A stretch of 64,000 nucleotides of DNA from a virus. Positions 1 through 9,594 of the stretch are shown here, in pieces. The notes under the pieces were generated by a model. That model did no database searches, was not told where the DNA came from, and saw only the letters and a program-made list of their open reading frames with translations. Numbering within the stretch: the stretch's first letter is position 1; each line of letters begins with the position of its first letter. The position numbers and the translations under genes were made by a program. The stretch covers positions 8,497 to 72,496 of the IMG/VR virus record IMGVR_UViG_3300015615_001189; one strand, given 5' to 3'.

Positions 1-1
1 G

Positions 2-31
2 AAACGTGTCCAAAATAGAAAACGTGTCCAA
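2..31 (+). repeat. 12-bp direct repeat AAACGTGTCCAA x2 ending at the start codon of the first ORF
   Basis: Copies at 2-13 and 20-31. Confidence 0.7.
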
Positions 32-489
32 TGCCCTTGCCGAAACTCACTGACACGGACGCTGTGGAACAAATGCCGAACGGAGGCGGTGACGAGAAAG
101 CCACTGGACCGAACCTCGCGTGCGCGGGCGCGACGACCAACCTCGTGGACGATGCGACGGTGCAAAAGGCGCTCGCAAAGCTCGTGGACGCCTTGGGTGC
201 CGTGAAGGTGACCTACGGGAAGTCCAAGGATCAGTTCGACCGCTCGCCGGATTGGACCGTGATCGTGCGCGCCGCGGAATTGCTGCTGGCCTATGGACCG
301 GGCAGGCCGATCGAGCGGCAGGTGCGGCTGACTGGCGACGTGAGTACGTTCGACGACAAGATCACGCGGCTGCTCGCCACGCCGGCGGGAGTCGAGCTCG
401 CGCGCAATTTGGGACTCGTGGAGCCGATCAAAGATGCGAAACCGAAGGCGAAGCGGGCCGCGCAAACCGAGGGCGACGACAATGCGTAA
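31..489 (+). CDS. Terminase small subunit-like/hypothetical phage protein
   Basis: RAAELLLAYGPGRP resembles the AA..LL..G.G.P motif of small-terminase-like proteins. Confidence 0.5.
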   Translation: MPLPKLTDTDAVEQMPNGGGDEKATGPNLACAGATTNLVDDATVQKALAKLVDALGAVKVTYGKSKDQFDRSPDWTVIVRAAELLLAYGPGRPIERQVRLTGDVSTFDDKITRLLATPAGVELARNLGLVEPIKDAKPKAKRAAQTEGDDNA

Positions 490-609
490 GTGCCTCATAA
501 TCAGCACCCATTTTCGCAATAAGGAATCGCGACCGTCCGATTTGCCGATTTACTCTGTTAGCGATTTAGGAGGACGGTCATTGTGTTATGTTATGACCCC
601 TTTTCACCG

Positions 610-987
610 ATGAGAACGACCCCCGAAACCACTCGCCCCGCGCTCGCAGGGCTGCGAGGCGCGCCCACTGCCGTTCGTGCGACGGACCATGCCAGCCATG
701 GCCGGGAAGGCAAGCCGATTGTCCGCTGGACGATGCTGCGGGCTGCATGGCACTGGCTCAATGTGCGGATGCGCGATTGGTGCCGCGGTTTCACCGATCG
801 TGACGTGTGGACTGTGACGCGGAAGCTGACCGCGGCGCGGACGGGGGAGTGCGTGCCTGTTACCCAGGCCGAATTTCTCGCGCTTCTGGCGATCCGCCGG
901 GAGTCGAGGCTCGAGGACGCGTATATTCGCGTGAAAGTTTCCGCTGACGACGCGCCCGCTGTGCCGTATTCGACGACCAAGCAATGA
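610..987 (+). CDS. Hypothetical phage protein
   Basis: ATG at 610; ATGA-coupled to next ORF. Confidence 0.55.
   Translation: MRTTPETTRPALAGLRGAPTAVRATDHASHGREGKPIVRWTMLRAAWHWLNVRMRDWCRGFTDRDVWTVTRKLTAARTGECVPVTQAEFLALLAIRRESRLEDAYIRVKVSADDAPAVPYSTTKQ
944..969 (+). promoter_or_regulatory. ECF-like promoter copy (CTGACG-N15-CGTAT)
   Basis: TCCGCTGACG at 940-949, CGTAT at 965-969, ATG at 984; matches six other copies. Confidence 0.6.
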
Positions 988-1358
988 GCCCCGGAGAAAT
1001 CATCGACGAAAGTATCAACTCCTGGAAAGCCGGGGTGCGCCATGCGAACGAGCAAGCGGTGAAGACCGGGCTGTACCAAGCTCCGCCCATCGTGATCCGC
1101 GAGGGAATCGGCGCAGGGCGGTACATCGCAGTGAGCGTGGATCGACCGAGCGGCTTGGCGCTCGGCCTGTGCTCGGCAGAGCATGACCGCGAGACGAAGC
1201 GCACCGTGATTGTTGCCCTCGTCTTGATGGCGCCGGTAGCAATCCTGAGCCTGCCATCGCCGTTCAACGCCTTGGCGCTATCGGATGGCGCCGGCGATCT
1301 CGTGGCCGAGATCCCGAACCTTGGCGCCGTAGGCCAGTGGCGCACGCAGGACGCCTGA
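984..1358 (+). CDS. Hypothetical phage protein
   Basis: ATGA overlap with upstream gene; coding-like codon usage. Confidence 0.65.
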   Translation: MSPGEIIDESINSWKAGVRHANEQAVKTGLYQAPPIVIREGIGAGRYIAVSVDRPSGLALGLCSAEHDRETKRTVIVALVLMAPVAILSLPSPFNALALSDGAGDLVAEIPNLGAVGQWRTQDA

Positions 1359-1391
1359 TTTTCCCAACGAACCAACAACCACACCGAAACC

Positions 1392-2306
1392 ATGAACCAC
1401 GACACCACCCTGACAACCAATCCCGAGGCCCTCGCCACTACGTTCAACGAACTCACCGCGGAGCGCGACCACTACCGGCGCGCCATGCTGAGTGCGCGGG
1501 CCGATGCTGACGCCTGCCGACAGAAGGCGGTTGGACTCACCCAGGCAAACGAGGGGCTGATCCGCGAGGTGGCACAACTGAACACCGAGCGCGACACTGC
1601 CCGCGCCGAGGAGGAAAAATTTCGTGCCGCCGCATCGGTGCTGTGCGCGAAGCACATCGGCGTGCCGCTGACGAAGTGCCCGGTGTGCGCGTTCGTGGAG
1701 GAGCGGAGCGCGCGCAACCTCGTTCGCGAGGAACGTGACGAACTGAAGGGAAAACTCGCGAACAACCCACTGGCGGACACGGTGCTGAACCTCAGCAATC
1801 AGCTTCTGGAAGCGACCAAGGAGCACAGCAAGGCCATGGCCCACGCTGATGGGAAGATCGCGACGCTGAAAGCTGAGCTCGTCCAGGCGCGGCTCGTCGC
1901 CAACGGCCAGCACACTGCGCCGTGCGTGGCTCGACTCGAAGCCGTGATCGCCGCGGCGCTGAAGGCCGTGGGCGAGGGCGTCAGCGGCGACCTCGACAGC
2001 CAGCTACCCGAAGCACTCTACCGCGCGCACCGCATCCTCGCGTTTCAAACGGTGGACGGTGAGCCGGCGCTGCCCGCTGCCCCGCCGGCGAGCAGCCCGG
2101 CACCTTGCGAACTCAAGACAACGAACACAACTGCGCACGCGTTTGCCCGTCGCCTCCTCGATGGGCCTGATCTGCCGATCGCGTGCCCGGACGTGAAGAC
2201 CTACGCCGGAGAAGACGAGGAGCACACGAGCATGCATCCGCCGGGCGTATCTGAGCTTCCCGGTGTAGTAGCGGGCGTGGAGCAAACCGTTCTCGTCATT
2301 TCGTGA
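1392..2306 (+). CDS. Hypothetical coiled-coil phage protein
   Basis: AC-rich leader, heptad-like A/E/R-rich segments, CPVC motif. Confidence 0.75.
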   Translation: MNHDTTLTTNPEALATTFNELTAERDHYRRAMLSARADADACRQKAVGLTQANEGLIREVAQLNTERDTARAEEEKFRAAASVLCAKHIGVPLTKCPVCAFVEERSARNLVREERDELKGKLANNPLADTVLNLSNQLLEATKEHSKAMAHADGKIATLKAELVQARLVANGQHTAPCVARLEAVIAAALKAVGEGVSGDLDSQLPEALYRAHRILAFQTVDGEPALPAAPPASSPAPCELKTTNTTAHAFARRLLDGPDLPIACPDVKTYAGEDEEHTSMHPPGVSELPGVVAGVEQTVLVIS

Positions 2307-3001
2307 GCATGAAGCGCATCACCTTCAAAGCACCACTGGCCGGGGCGATTCGCCGCGGGGAGAAGACGGAGACGCGGCGGTTGATCAGTCCGCAGCCCCA
2401 CCTGCAATGTCGGCAGCTTCATCCGTGGGCATGGCGGGACGACGGCTTCATTGATTGCTGGGTGCCGAACAAAGACATGATGAAGCCGTTGAACACGAAG
2501 CGGGCATTCAAGGCGCATACCGCGAATGAAGAAGGTTACTACCGACCGGCCTACCGCCCTGGCAACATCCTCGGCGTCGCGGAGCCGTGGAAAACGAGCA
2601 ACGCCTACGACCATTTAAGCGGCTCGGAGTTGGTCCGGCTCGGCAGTAAAGACCTCATTCGTTACGAGGCCGATGGCCCTTACGATTATCCGTTCAGCAC
2701 CGGCCGCTACCGCCAAGCGCGCTTCCTACCCGATGCGTTCGTGAGGACGCGCATTCGCATCATGGGCGTGCAGGCTCAGCGGGTGCAGGAGATCACCGAA
2801 GAGGATGCGGAGCGCGAAGGCGTTAAGGCCGGTGGACGATTCCCAATGTCCGCGCGCGGTGCGTTCTCTGACCTGTGGGACACGCTGCACGGGAAGCCGA
2901 CGAAGAACGCCAAGGGCAAGATCGTTCCCGCCTCCCCGTGGAGCAGCAACCCGTGGGTGTGGCGCTATCAATTCGAACTCGTAACCAACACCAACAAATG
3001 A
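2303..3001 (+). CDS. ASCH/PUA-like phage protein
   Basis: AIRRGEKTETRR ... QRVQEITEEDAEREG ... WSSNPWVW motifs. Confidence 0.75.
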   Translation: MSMKRITFKAPLAGAIRRGEKTETRRLISPQPHLQCRQLHPWAWRDDGFIDCWVPNKDMMKPLNTKRAFKAHTANEEGYYRPAYRPGNILGVAEPWKTSNAYDHLSGSELVRLGSKDLIRYEADGPYDYPFSTGRYRQARFLPDAFVRTRIRIMGVQAQRVQEITEEDAEREGVKAGGRFPMSARGAFSDLWDTLHGKPTKNAKGKIVPASPWSSNPWVWRYQFELVTNTNK

Positions 3002-3966
3002 CCACCGAACCAAACCCCGAAACGAACATCGTCGCCCTGCCACCTCCCGAAACGCCGCCGCGCGCGGTGCTGGTGTGGACCCGCGAACTCGACCCGCACG
3101 AGAACACGGTGCTGATGGCGCTCTCGCACGCCCTCGGTGATGCCGAGGGCAAGCCGTGCTTCTCCTGGGTGACGCACCCTGTCCTGCGGCGCGACGCGAT
3201 CAAATACAGCGTAGCGGAAAGCGCCCCGGCACTCCTGCCGGACGGCGCGAGCAAACTGCTCTTCGACGATGCGGGCGCCGCACAGGCATGGTGCGAACGG
3301 ATCGAGACTGAACTTGGCGGCGGAGCACCCGAGTATGCGCAGCCCGAAGCGGAGAGCGCGCCGATCGTGGCGGACAAACTCGGCTACTGCCCGACGCACA
3401 AGATCATCGCGCGATGGAGCCGCAATGGCGGCGTGCTCACGCTGTGGCGAGTGTGGGCGAAGCCGGACGACCCGGCGCAGACGCAGGAACGCGAGATCGA
3501 GGAAGAAGCGGAATACGAGGCCGCGCTGGTGCAGTGCATCCGGCAACAGTTGCTGGCCGAAGTCGCGCGAAGGATGCTGTCCGGTTGGACGGCACCCATC
3601 ACCGCGAAAGGCCGTTTCGGTGTGATGACGTTGCAGGTGGAGGTGGAGTTTGTGCGGTGCGTGTCGCTCACGTGGCACCGGCCCGCGGCGCTGCACGGAA
3701 ACGTGTCGCGCAAGCAGATGGAGCCGTGCATCACCGTTATCCTGGACGCGCCGACACACGACGACATCGTGCGGATGGTGGCGCTCACAGAACGCAGACA
3801 GCGGCTCGCGCTCGAGCAGAAAGCCGAGGGCAAGAGCGAGGACGAATTGCGCGCGGAGATCATGGCGAACGCCGCGGCGGCAGGCGTGACCGGTGGCGAG
3901 GTGTTGCCCGTCACGCTGGAGGACATGCAGGCCGCGGGCGTTGACCCAACGAAAGGGGTACGGTGA
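2998..3966 (+). CDS. Hypothetical phage protein
   Basis: ATG at 2998 in ATGA overlap with previous stop. Confidence 0.7.
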   Translation: MTTEPNPETNIVALPPPETPPRAVLVWTRELDPHENTVLMALSHALGDAEGKPCFSWVTHPVLRRDAIKYSVAESAPALLPDGASKLLFDDAGAAQAWCERIETELGGGAPEYAQPEAESAPIVADKLGYCPTHKIIARWSRNGGVLTLWRVWAKPDDPAQTQEREIEEEAEYEAALVQCIRQQLLAEVARRMLSGWTAPITAKGRFGVMTLQVEVEFVRCVSLTWHRPAALHGNVSRKQMEPCITVILDAPTHDDIVRMVALTERRQRLALEQKAEGKSEDELRAEIMANAAAAGVTGGEVLPVTLEDMQAAGVDPTKGVR

Positions 3967-4349
3967 TGAGATCGAAAGACGGATGGATAGGCGTCGATCT
4001 CGACGGAACACTGGCACACTACGACCGCTGGCGCGGTATCGATCACATTGGGGAGCCAATCCCCGCGATGGTGGCGCGCGTGAAGGCGTGGCTGGAGCAA
4101 GGTGTGGCCGTGAAAATTTTCACGGCACGAATGCACGGCCACGGCTCGCCTATCTTGATGAGCGGCGGCGTCACCGCTCCTGCGGATGTGCTAACACCGA
4201 TCGAGGAATGGTGCGCGAAGCACATCGGCCAAAAACTGCCCGTCACGAACATCAAGGACTTTGGGATGATCGAACTTTGGGATGATCGAGCTGTGCGCGT
4301 GCAGGCGAACACAGGAATCCCATGCTGTGGAGGCTACGCAAAACTATGA
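3966..4349 (+). CDS. HAD-superfamily phage phosphatase-like protein
   Basis: IGVDLDGTL (DxDxT), IFTAR, WDDRA motifs. Confidence 0.8.
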   Translation: MRSKDGWIGVDLDGTLAHYDRWRGIDHIGEPIPAMVARVKAWLEQGVAVKIFTARMHGHGSPILMSGGVTAPADVLTPIEEWCAKHIGQKLPVTNIKDFGMIELWDDRAVRVQANTGIPCCGGYAKL

Positions 4350-4582
4350 AATCCCCTCTTCCGATCACCATGTGGGCCGTCATCGTGAAATCTGCCCGCT
4401 CGCAGTGGATTCACTGGACGACTCTTGATCGCACCCGCAAGGGTGCATGGGAGAAATACAAGGCTGAGTGGCTGCCCGAGTATCGCCATCGCTGCGAGGA
4501 GGAAAAGCGCACAGGCAAAGTGCGCCTCGCGCGAGTGGATGTGGCGGAGCGGAGGCGTAACGCAGAAATCACCAACCACTGA
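4346..4582 (+). CDS. Small hypothetical phage protein
   Basis: ATGA coupling with upstream gene. Confidence 0.55.
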   Translation: MKSPLPITMWAVIVKSARSQWIHWTTLDRTRKGAWEKYKAEWLPEYRHRCEEEKRTGKVRLARVDVAERRRNAEITNH

Positions 4583-4595
4583 ACTGGCGAATTCT

Positions 4596-4871
4596 ATGAG
4601 TGCAAAAACAGACGAGAAATTGAAATCGGCGAGCGTTGGATCGCAACTCCAACGCATCCGTGATCGCGCGGCCACAATTCACGCGGAGGCCAAGCAAATC
4701 CTAATCGACGCAACGCACTGGAATGAGTGCGTGCGAAAGGAAAATGAAGAACCGATAGACGCCGATCCCGATGGCTCCGTGGAACGGACGGTAGCCTACA
4801 CGTCCGATGTTATTCGGCAGTGTGATGAGAAACTCGCCGCCCTTAACGAAAAGCTGAGCGACTGCCCATGA
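4596..4871 (+). CDS. Small hypothetical phage protein
   Basis: ATG at 4596; ATGA-coupled to next ORF. Confidence 0.55.
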   Translation: MSAKTDEKLKSASVGSQLQRIRDRAATIHAEAKQILIDATHWNECVRKENEEPIDADPDGSVERTVAYTSDVIRQCDEKLAALNEKLSDCP

Positions 4872-4931
4872 AAACGCCTCCGAAATCACACAAGACGCGC
4901 GAGGGCAGTTCGCTCCGGCGCATGGTTGGGC
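4841..4931 (-). other. Integron attC-like site
   Basis: Minus strand: GCCCAAC-5nt-GCCGGAGC-GAACTGCCC...GGGCAGTC-GCTCAGC-5nt-GTTAAGG (R''/L''/L'/R' layout with extrahelical bases). Confidence 0.7.
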
Positions 4932-5155
4932 GTGCGTTGCGCGATCTCGGAAAAGCGCGCATGGGACTCGGCGAGGCTCACGGCGAGGCGCATGCGACAC
5001 GATCGCCCATGCTCGACAGAATCAGGACTCTGCGCGCGCTGGTGGAGTCAGTGGATGACCTCGCCTACCAACTGGCTCGCGACCTAGAGCGCACGCCCAA
5101 CGAACCAAGCTCTGCGACTGCGGGGCAACAGAAAGGACAACCAAATGCCGACTGA
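4868..5155 (+). CDS. Small hypothetical protein between attC-like sites
   Basis: ORF starts in one attC loop and ends in the next. Confidence 0.55.
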   Translation: MKTPPKSHKTREGSSLRRMVGRALRDLGKARMGLGEAHGEAHATRSPMLDRIRTLRALVESVDDLAYQLARDLERTPNEPSSATAGQQKGQPNAD

Positions 5156-5220
5156 CTCCAATAGCACTGAGGACGCGCGCGAAGAACTGCGTAGCAGTTC
5201 GCAGCAGCGCGTGGGTAGGT
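5095..5220 (-). other. Integron attC-like site (degenerate R'')
   Basis: Minus strand: ACCTACC-5nt-GCTGCTGC-GAACTGC...GCAGTC-GCAGAGC-7nt-GTTGGGC. Confidence 0.6.
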
Positions 5221-5600
5221 GCCGCGAACAAGAGCCAAGCACCGCCGAAGCAAGTGAAGCGGCGGGCGGTGGGGAGCGGGAGGAGAAGCTGCACAAGCCT
5301 CGCAAGCGCCAGCACTGCCGACTGTGCGGACAGCACATCGCGCCCGGAGAACCGTGCCGAAGCTGGAGCGGAGTCGAACCCGGAGAAGGCTGGTGGAGAA
5401 GCTACGCGCACCCCGAATGCTACGCGCAGACCGAAAAGGAAAAGTGGGACTACGGCGACTGGGAAAGCTGCTATCCGGGCGACATGGAACGCCCGAAGGT
5501 GGCGGAGGCGGCGGCTGGCGGACGTGATAGCGCGTCTGAACACAGCGGCGCTCAGGCACCTACCAGCGTATTGAGCAACCCGCCGTTGGATAATCCATGA
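5145..5600 (+). CDS. Putative Zn-finger phage protein
   Basis: HCRLCG ... HPEC motif. Confidence 0.6.
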   Translation: MPTDSNSTEDAREELRSSSQQRVGRCREQEPSTAEASEAAGGGEREEKLHKPRKRQHCRLCGQHIAPGEPCRSWSGVEPGEGWWRSYAHPECYAQTEKEKWDYGDWESCYPGDMERPKVAEAAAGGRDSASEHSGAQAPTSVLSNPPLDNP

Positions 5601-5794
5601 GCCGGCACTTCACTGACGACCAACGGATGCGGATGTGCGGGAACAAGACGCGCTACGCCGACAAGAAAGCGGCGCGCACGGCGATCAACTGCGCGATGCG
5701 GAACCGGGGCCGGCACGGGAGACCGAACAGCCTGCGCGCGTATCCGTGCCCGCTCTGCCGCGGGTGGCATCTGACGAAAGGGGATAACGAATGA
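5597..5794 (+). CDS. Small Zn-ribbon phage protein
   Basis: CGNKTRY ... RAYPCPLCRGWHLT motif common in phage small proteins. Confidence 0.7.
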   Translation: MSRHFTDDQRMRMCGNKTRYADKKAARTAINCAMRNRGRHGRPNSLRAYPCPLCRGWHLTKGDNE

Positions 5795-6420
5795 GCATGG
5801 ACTATCCGCGGGCGTGGCAGGTTGCACGGGCGACTTTGCCCGGATCGCACGACCAGCGGTGCAGTTACCGTCAGACTACGGGTGGAATTCTCTGCGACTG
5901 CCACATCATCACGAAACATGCTGAGTATCTCGACGACGAACTTCATACCGTCGATGGACACACGCTCAAACGCGAGCCCCTGAAAGTTGTAGCTTTCCTC
6001 CAAAATCAATGGGTGCGCGATGCTGAGCGGGTGAAGGAATCACTTCGCCGACGCGGTGATGACTACCGCCGGCGGTTCATCCGGTACGCATTGTTTGCGG
6101 GGTGCGTGACGGGGCAGAGGATCAAGGCTCAACTTGGCTCGTTGATCGACTCGATCGTGTGGGACGAGTGCTCGCGCGAGATCCACGACAATCCCCGCAC
6201 GATTCCAAAAGCTGACTTCGAGCACATCCGGATGACACTTGCCGCCGAAGACCCCGCGCTCGTGGTCACGTTTGGCCGCATTGCGAGTGATGCTGTCGGG
6301 AGAGTGTGCAACGTCGAGATTATCCGTTCACCGCACCCAGCGTATCGGTGCGCGCGGGATAAGATCGCCTTCGAGTCGGCGATGCAGACACTGCGCGAAC
6401 GGTTGGCCGCAGACAGTTAG
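5791..6420 (+). CDS. Uracil-DNA glycosylase-superfamily-like protein
   Basis: VVAFLQN, LVVTFGRIA and PHPA motifs in UDG-like order. Confidence 0.5.
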   Translation: MSMDYPRAWQVARATLPGSHDQRCSYRQTTGGILCDCHIITKHAEYLDDELHTVDGHTLKREPLKVVAFLQNQWVRDAERVKESLRRRGDDYRRRFIRYALFAGCVTGQRIKAQLGSLIDSIVWDECSREIHDNPRTIPKADFEHIRMTLAAEDPALVVTFGRIASDAVGRVCNVEIIRSPHPAYRCARDKIAFESAMQTLRERLAADS

Positions 6421-6437
6421 TATGATAACAAACGCCG

Positions 6438-9400
6438 ATGCCTCTGCCCATTGACGCACAACTCCTCTCCCTCGCCGTGCAGGCGAACCCGGGAGTGTGG
6501 TTTGAAACCGAGGGCCGGATTCGCGGGGTGAGCGGGCGGCTCGAGTCGCCGCGGATGAACATCGTGCAGCGGCGGATCAACGCGGCGTTCATCGGAGCGC
6601 GGAAGCGCGGGCGGCCGGTGCGCATCATCGGGCTGAAGCCTCGCAAGCGCGGTTTCTCGACAATGGTGAGCGCGATTCACCACGCCGAGCTTTGCAAACA
6701 CAGTTTCGAGGGCGTGGTGGTGGGCAACAAACTCGACACATCGTCCACCGTGATGCGGATGATGAAGGTGTACGCGGAGAACGACGCCTTTTTGAAGCGC
6801 GGCGAGTGGGGCAGTGCGGTGAAAGCTGGTGAGGAAAAAATCGCGTGGACTCATGGCAGCCTTTGTACGCAATCCACGGCGATGGGCAGCGGCTCGATCC
6901 GCGGTCAGACCCCGCAGTTTGTGCATGGCTGCGTACCGCCAGGCACTCCGGTAATCGTGGAGGACGGCAAAATTGTCCCGATTGAGGAGGTGCAAGTTGG
7001 GACAGCGGTATTCACGCACAGCGGCGCGCGCGCAATCGTCACGGCGTGCATCGGCCAGCCCAACTACAAAGGGGAGATGCTACGCATCACGCCGTGGCTC
7101 GGCGACGCAATCTGCTTCACGAAGGAGCACAAGATTCCGACTCGACGCGGCGTAATCGAAGCGCAGGACGTCACCGAGGATGACGAGCTATGCCTTCCGA
7201 TCCGCGTCATCACTCACACCATCAAGCGCACAAAACTGCCCGCCACAAAAGAGCGGTCGCAGCACGGAGGGCGCGGAGGGGCTGGGGCTGGCGCGTCGCT
7301 CGCATTGACCGAAGATGTTGGGTTTGCGTGCGGATATTACCTTGCCGAAGGCTCAGTTTTTGGGCGCGGAGATTACATTGTCGGCGTTAACTTCACCCGG
7401 CACCGGTTCGAAGCGGACTACGCGGAGAAAGCTTGTGGCGCCTTCCGCAGATTCTTCACTACGCGAAGAACGGACATGCGCGAGGGAACCCAGGCGACTA
7501 ACGAAGCCTGCTACGGGGCGCCGATCGCGCAGTGGCTCGCCGCTGAATTTGGGCGGGGCGATGGAAAACGGATTCCAGATTGGGTGTTTAACGCTGGCGA
7601 GGCGTTCTGCAGGGGCCTTCTTCGAGGCTTGCTCTGCGGCGACGGTAGTAAGGGACGGGAGAAAACAGGCGGCTACGACATTGCGCGGATGGTGCTCACG
7701 GCAACCCGCTCATCGTTGGCGTCCCAGGCCCGCGACATTGCCGGCGCGCTCGGCTATGGTTGGGCATCTATTCGCAGCAAGGACGCCGGGCGGCATTACG
7801 GGCGGAATTGCAAAAAAGTGTGGCGCGTGGTGTGGACTGGTGAAGCCGCACGAAAATTACGCTCACTCATCGGCGCAAGCGAAGTAACCGGGGGACGTCG
7901 GCATATTGAAAAATACCGAATCGCTGATGGGCGCGTGTGGATCAAGGTGCGGAAGATCGAGCGCGGCATTGAGGTGCCCTACATGTGGGATTTGTCCGTC
8001 GATCACCCGGACCACACCTTTCGCACACCCTCGTTCGCGATCGGAAATACAGAAATGGCGCATTGGGAGGGCGAGGAGGAGACGTTCATCGCGCTGATGA
8101 ACGCGATTCCCGACACACCGGAATCGTGCGTGTTCCTCGAAAGCACCCCGAAGGGCCAAGGCGGGCGATTTTTCGAGATGTGGCAGGGTGCGCGCTGGCC
8201 GGATGCCATCGAATGTCCGGACGAAGACGAGTATTGGCGGCAGTGGGCGGCGCTCTGCCCGCAGCAGGAGGATGATTCGCTCTCCGAATACGATTTTGTG
8301 CGCGTGTTCGCCGCGTGGTTCGAGTTCGAGGAAGCGGCTTCTCGGCTGGACGACGCGCAAAAGGACCACATCCGGCGCACGCTCGACGCGAAGTCATGGT
8401 ACTACGGCGAAAAGGCGTTGATCGAAGCGTATGGACGGACGCGCGAGGACGGATCGCAGGTGCTCGGACGCGAGGTGCACGAGTTCGACGTTTGGGAACA
8501 ACTCGCGTGGCGCCGGCAGACGATTAAAACCAAGTGCAAAGGCGACCCGCGGGTGTTCGACCAGGAATATCCACGGGATCCGGAAAGTTGTTTCCTCGCC
8601 TCGGGCAACCCGGTGTTCGACGCCGACGCGATCGCGCACTTGCAGAGCATTTGCAGCGTATCGCCACGGGCGGGGCAGATCGATCGCCCGGACGAACAAT
8701 CGCTCCGCGCGGTGTGGCGCGAGTGCGACCCGGACGATGCCACGTTTCAGTGCTGGGAAACGCCGCGAATCGGGTGCCGCTACATCATCCCCGTGGACAC
8801 CGCGGAAGGGAATGACCAGACCAAAGGCGATGACCCCGACCGGCACAGCGTGCCCGTGCTTCGGGCGCCCTACATCGATGCCAACGGCACAAATTGGCGA
8901 ATGAAAGTGGTGGCGCGGGTGAAACCGCCGTGTCGGATGCCGATTCACGCGCTCGTAGGAGCCGTGCACGCGCTGAGTTTGTTCTACGGCAACGCGATCG
9001 TGATTCCCGAGATGAACAACACGGGGCTCGCGTTTCTCGTGCTCGCGAAGGAGCGCGGGATGAACCTGTGGAAACGCGTCGATATCAATCCGCGCAGCGG
9101 CAAGAAGGAGGAAAAGTTGGGCTGGCGCACCACGGACACGGCGGACTACGGCGGGTTGCGGACGCTGATCATCGAGCGGCTCGGCGAAGTGCTGCGCGAG
9201 AAGGCGATCGATATACACTGCCCGCACATCGTGGGTGAGCTGGCAAAATTCGTGGATAACGAGGGCCGGAAAGAAGCGGGTCGCGGCGCGCACGATGACG
9301 ATGTGCTGAGTCTCGCGATCGGCGTGTACAACATCGAAGCGGCCTCAGCGATGGAGCAGATCATCGTGCCGAAGAACGTACCGCCGGACCTCGCGCGATT

Positions 9401-9446
9401 GATGGCGATGAACGGTGATGATGCACGGCTGGCAATGCGCACTTGA
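6438..9446 (+). CDS. terL: Terminase large subunit containing an intein
   Basis: Walker A LKPRKRGFST; Walker B reconstituted as QFVHG/TEMAHW; ESTPKG; nuclease motifs IPVDTAEG, IPEMNNTG, HDDDVLSLAI. Confidence 0.93.
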   Translation: MPLPIDAQLLSLAVQANPGVWFETEGRIRGVSGRLESPRMNIVQRRINAAFIGARKRGRPVRIIGLKPRKRGFSTMVSAIHHAELCKHSFEGVVVGNKLDTSSTVMRMMKVYAENDAFLKRGEWGSAVKAGEEKIAWTHGSLCTQSTAMGSGSIRGQTPQFVHGCVPPGTPVIVEDGKIVPIEEVQVGTAVFTHSGARAIVTACIGQPNYKGEMLRITPWLGDAICFTKEHKIPTRRGVIEAQDVTEDDELCLPIRVITHTIKRTKLPATKERSQHGGRGGAGAGASLALTEDVGFACGYYLAEGSVFGRGDYIVGVNFTRHRFEADYAEKACGAFRRFFTTRRTDMREGTQATNEACYGAPIAQWLAAEFGRGDGKRIPDWVFNAGEAFCRGLLRGLLCGDGSKGREKTGGYDIARMVLTATRSSLASQARDIAGALGYGWASIRSKDAGRHYGRNCKKVWRVVWTGEAARKLRSLIGASEVTGGRRHIEKYRIADGRVWIKVRKIERGIEVPYMWDLSVDHPDHTFRTPSFAIGNTEMAHWEGEEETFIALMNAIPDTPESCVFLESTPKGQGGRFFEMWQGARWPDAIECPDEDEYWRQWAALCPQQEDDSLSEYDFVRVFAAWFEFEEAASRLDDAQKDHIRRTLDAKSWYYGEKALIEAYGRTREDGSQVLGREVHEFDVWEQLAWRRQTIKTKCKGDPRVFDQEYPRDPESCFLASGNPVFDADAIAHLQSICSVSPRAGQIDRPDEQSLRAVWRECDPDDATFQCWETPRIGCRYIIPVDTAEGNDQTKGDDPDRHSVPVLRAPYIDANGTNWRMKVVARVKPPCRMPIHALVGAVHALSLFYGNAIVIPEMNNTGLAFLVLAKERGMNLWKRVDINPRSGKKEEKLGWRTTDTADYGGLRTLIIERLGEVLREKAIDIHCPHIVGELAKFVDNEGRKEAGRGAHDDDVLSLAIGVYNIEAASAMEQIIVPKNVPPDLARLMAMNGDDARLAMRT
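6930..8048 (+). mobile_element. Intein with LAGLIDADG homing endonuclease (373 aa)
   Basis: Starts CVPPGTPV, block B FTKEHKIPT, LAGLIDADG motifs GYYLAEGS and RGLLCGDGS, block F MWDLSV, ends GN with +1 Thr. Confidence 0.9.
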
Positions 9447-9486
9447 CGTTCCATATGGAACACGCAACGAATCCCGAAACGAAAAC

Positions 9487-9561
9487 CGCGGGGTAGCTAA
9501 GTGGCAAAGCACCGGACTCATAATCCGGCACACGTGTGTTCGAATCACACCCCCGCAACCA
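9487..9561 (+). tRNA. tRNA-Met (CAT) with encoded CCA
   Basis: Acceptor CGCGGGG/CCCCGCA, anticodon arm CCGGA-CTCATAA-TCCGG, T arm GTGTG-TTCGAAT-CACAC, ACCA end. Confidence 0.93.
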
Positions 9562-9594
9562 AACTCAATCCGAACCAACAACCTCCTCAAAACT

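Noticed and set aside
4555..4640. Third attC-like site
   Set aside because: Has an AAC core but no convincing complementary L box
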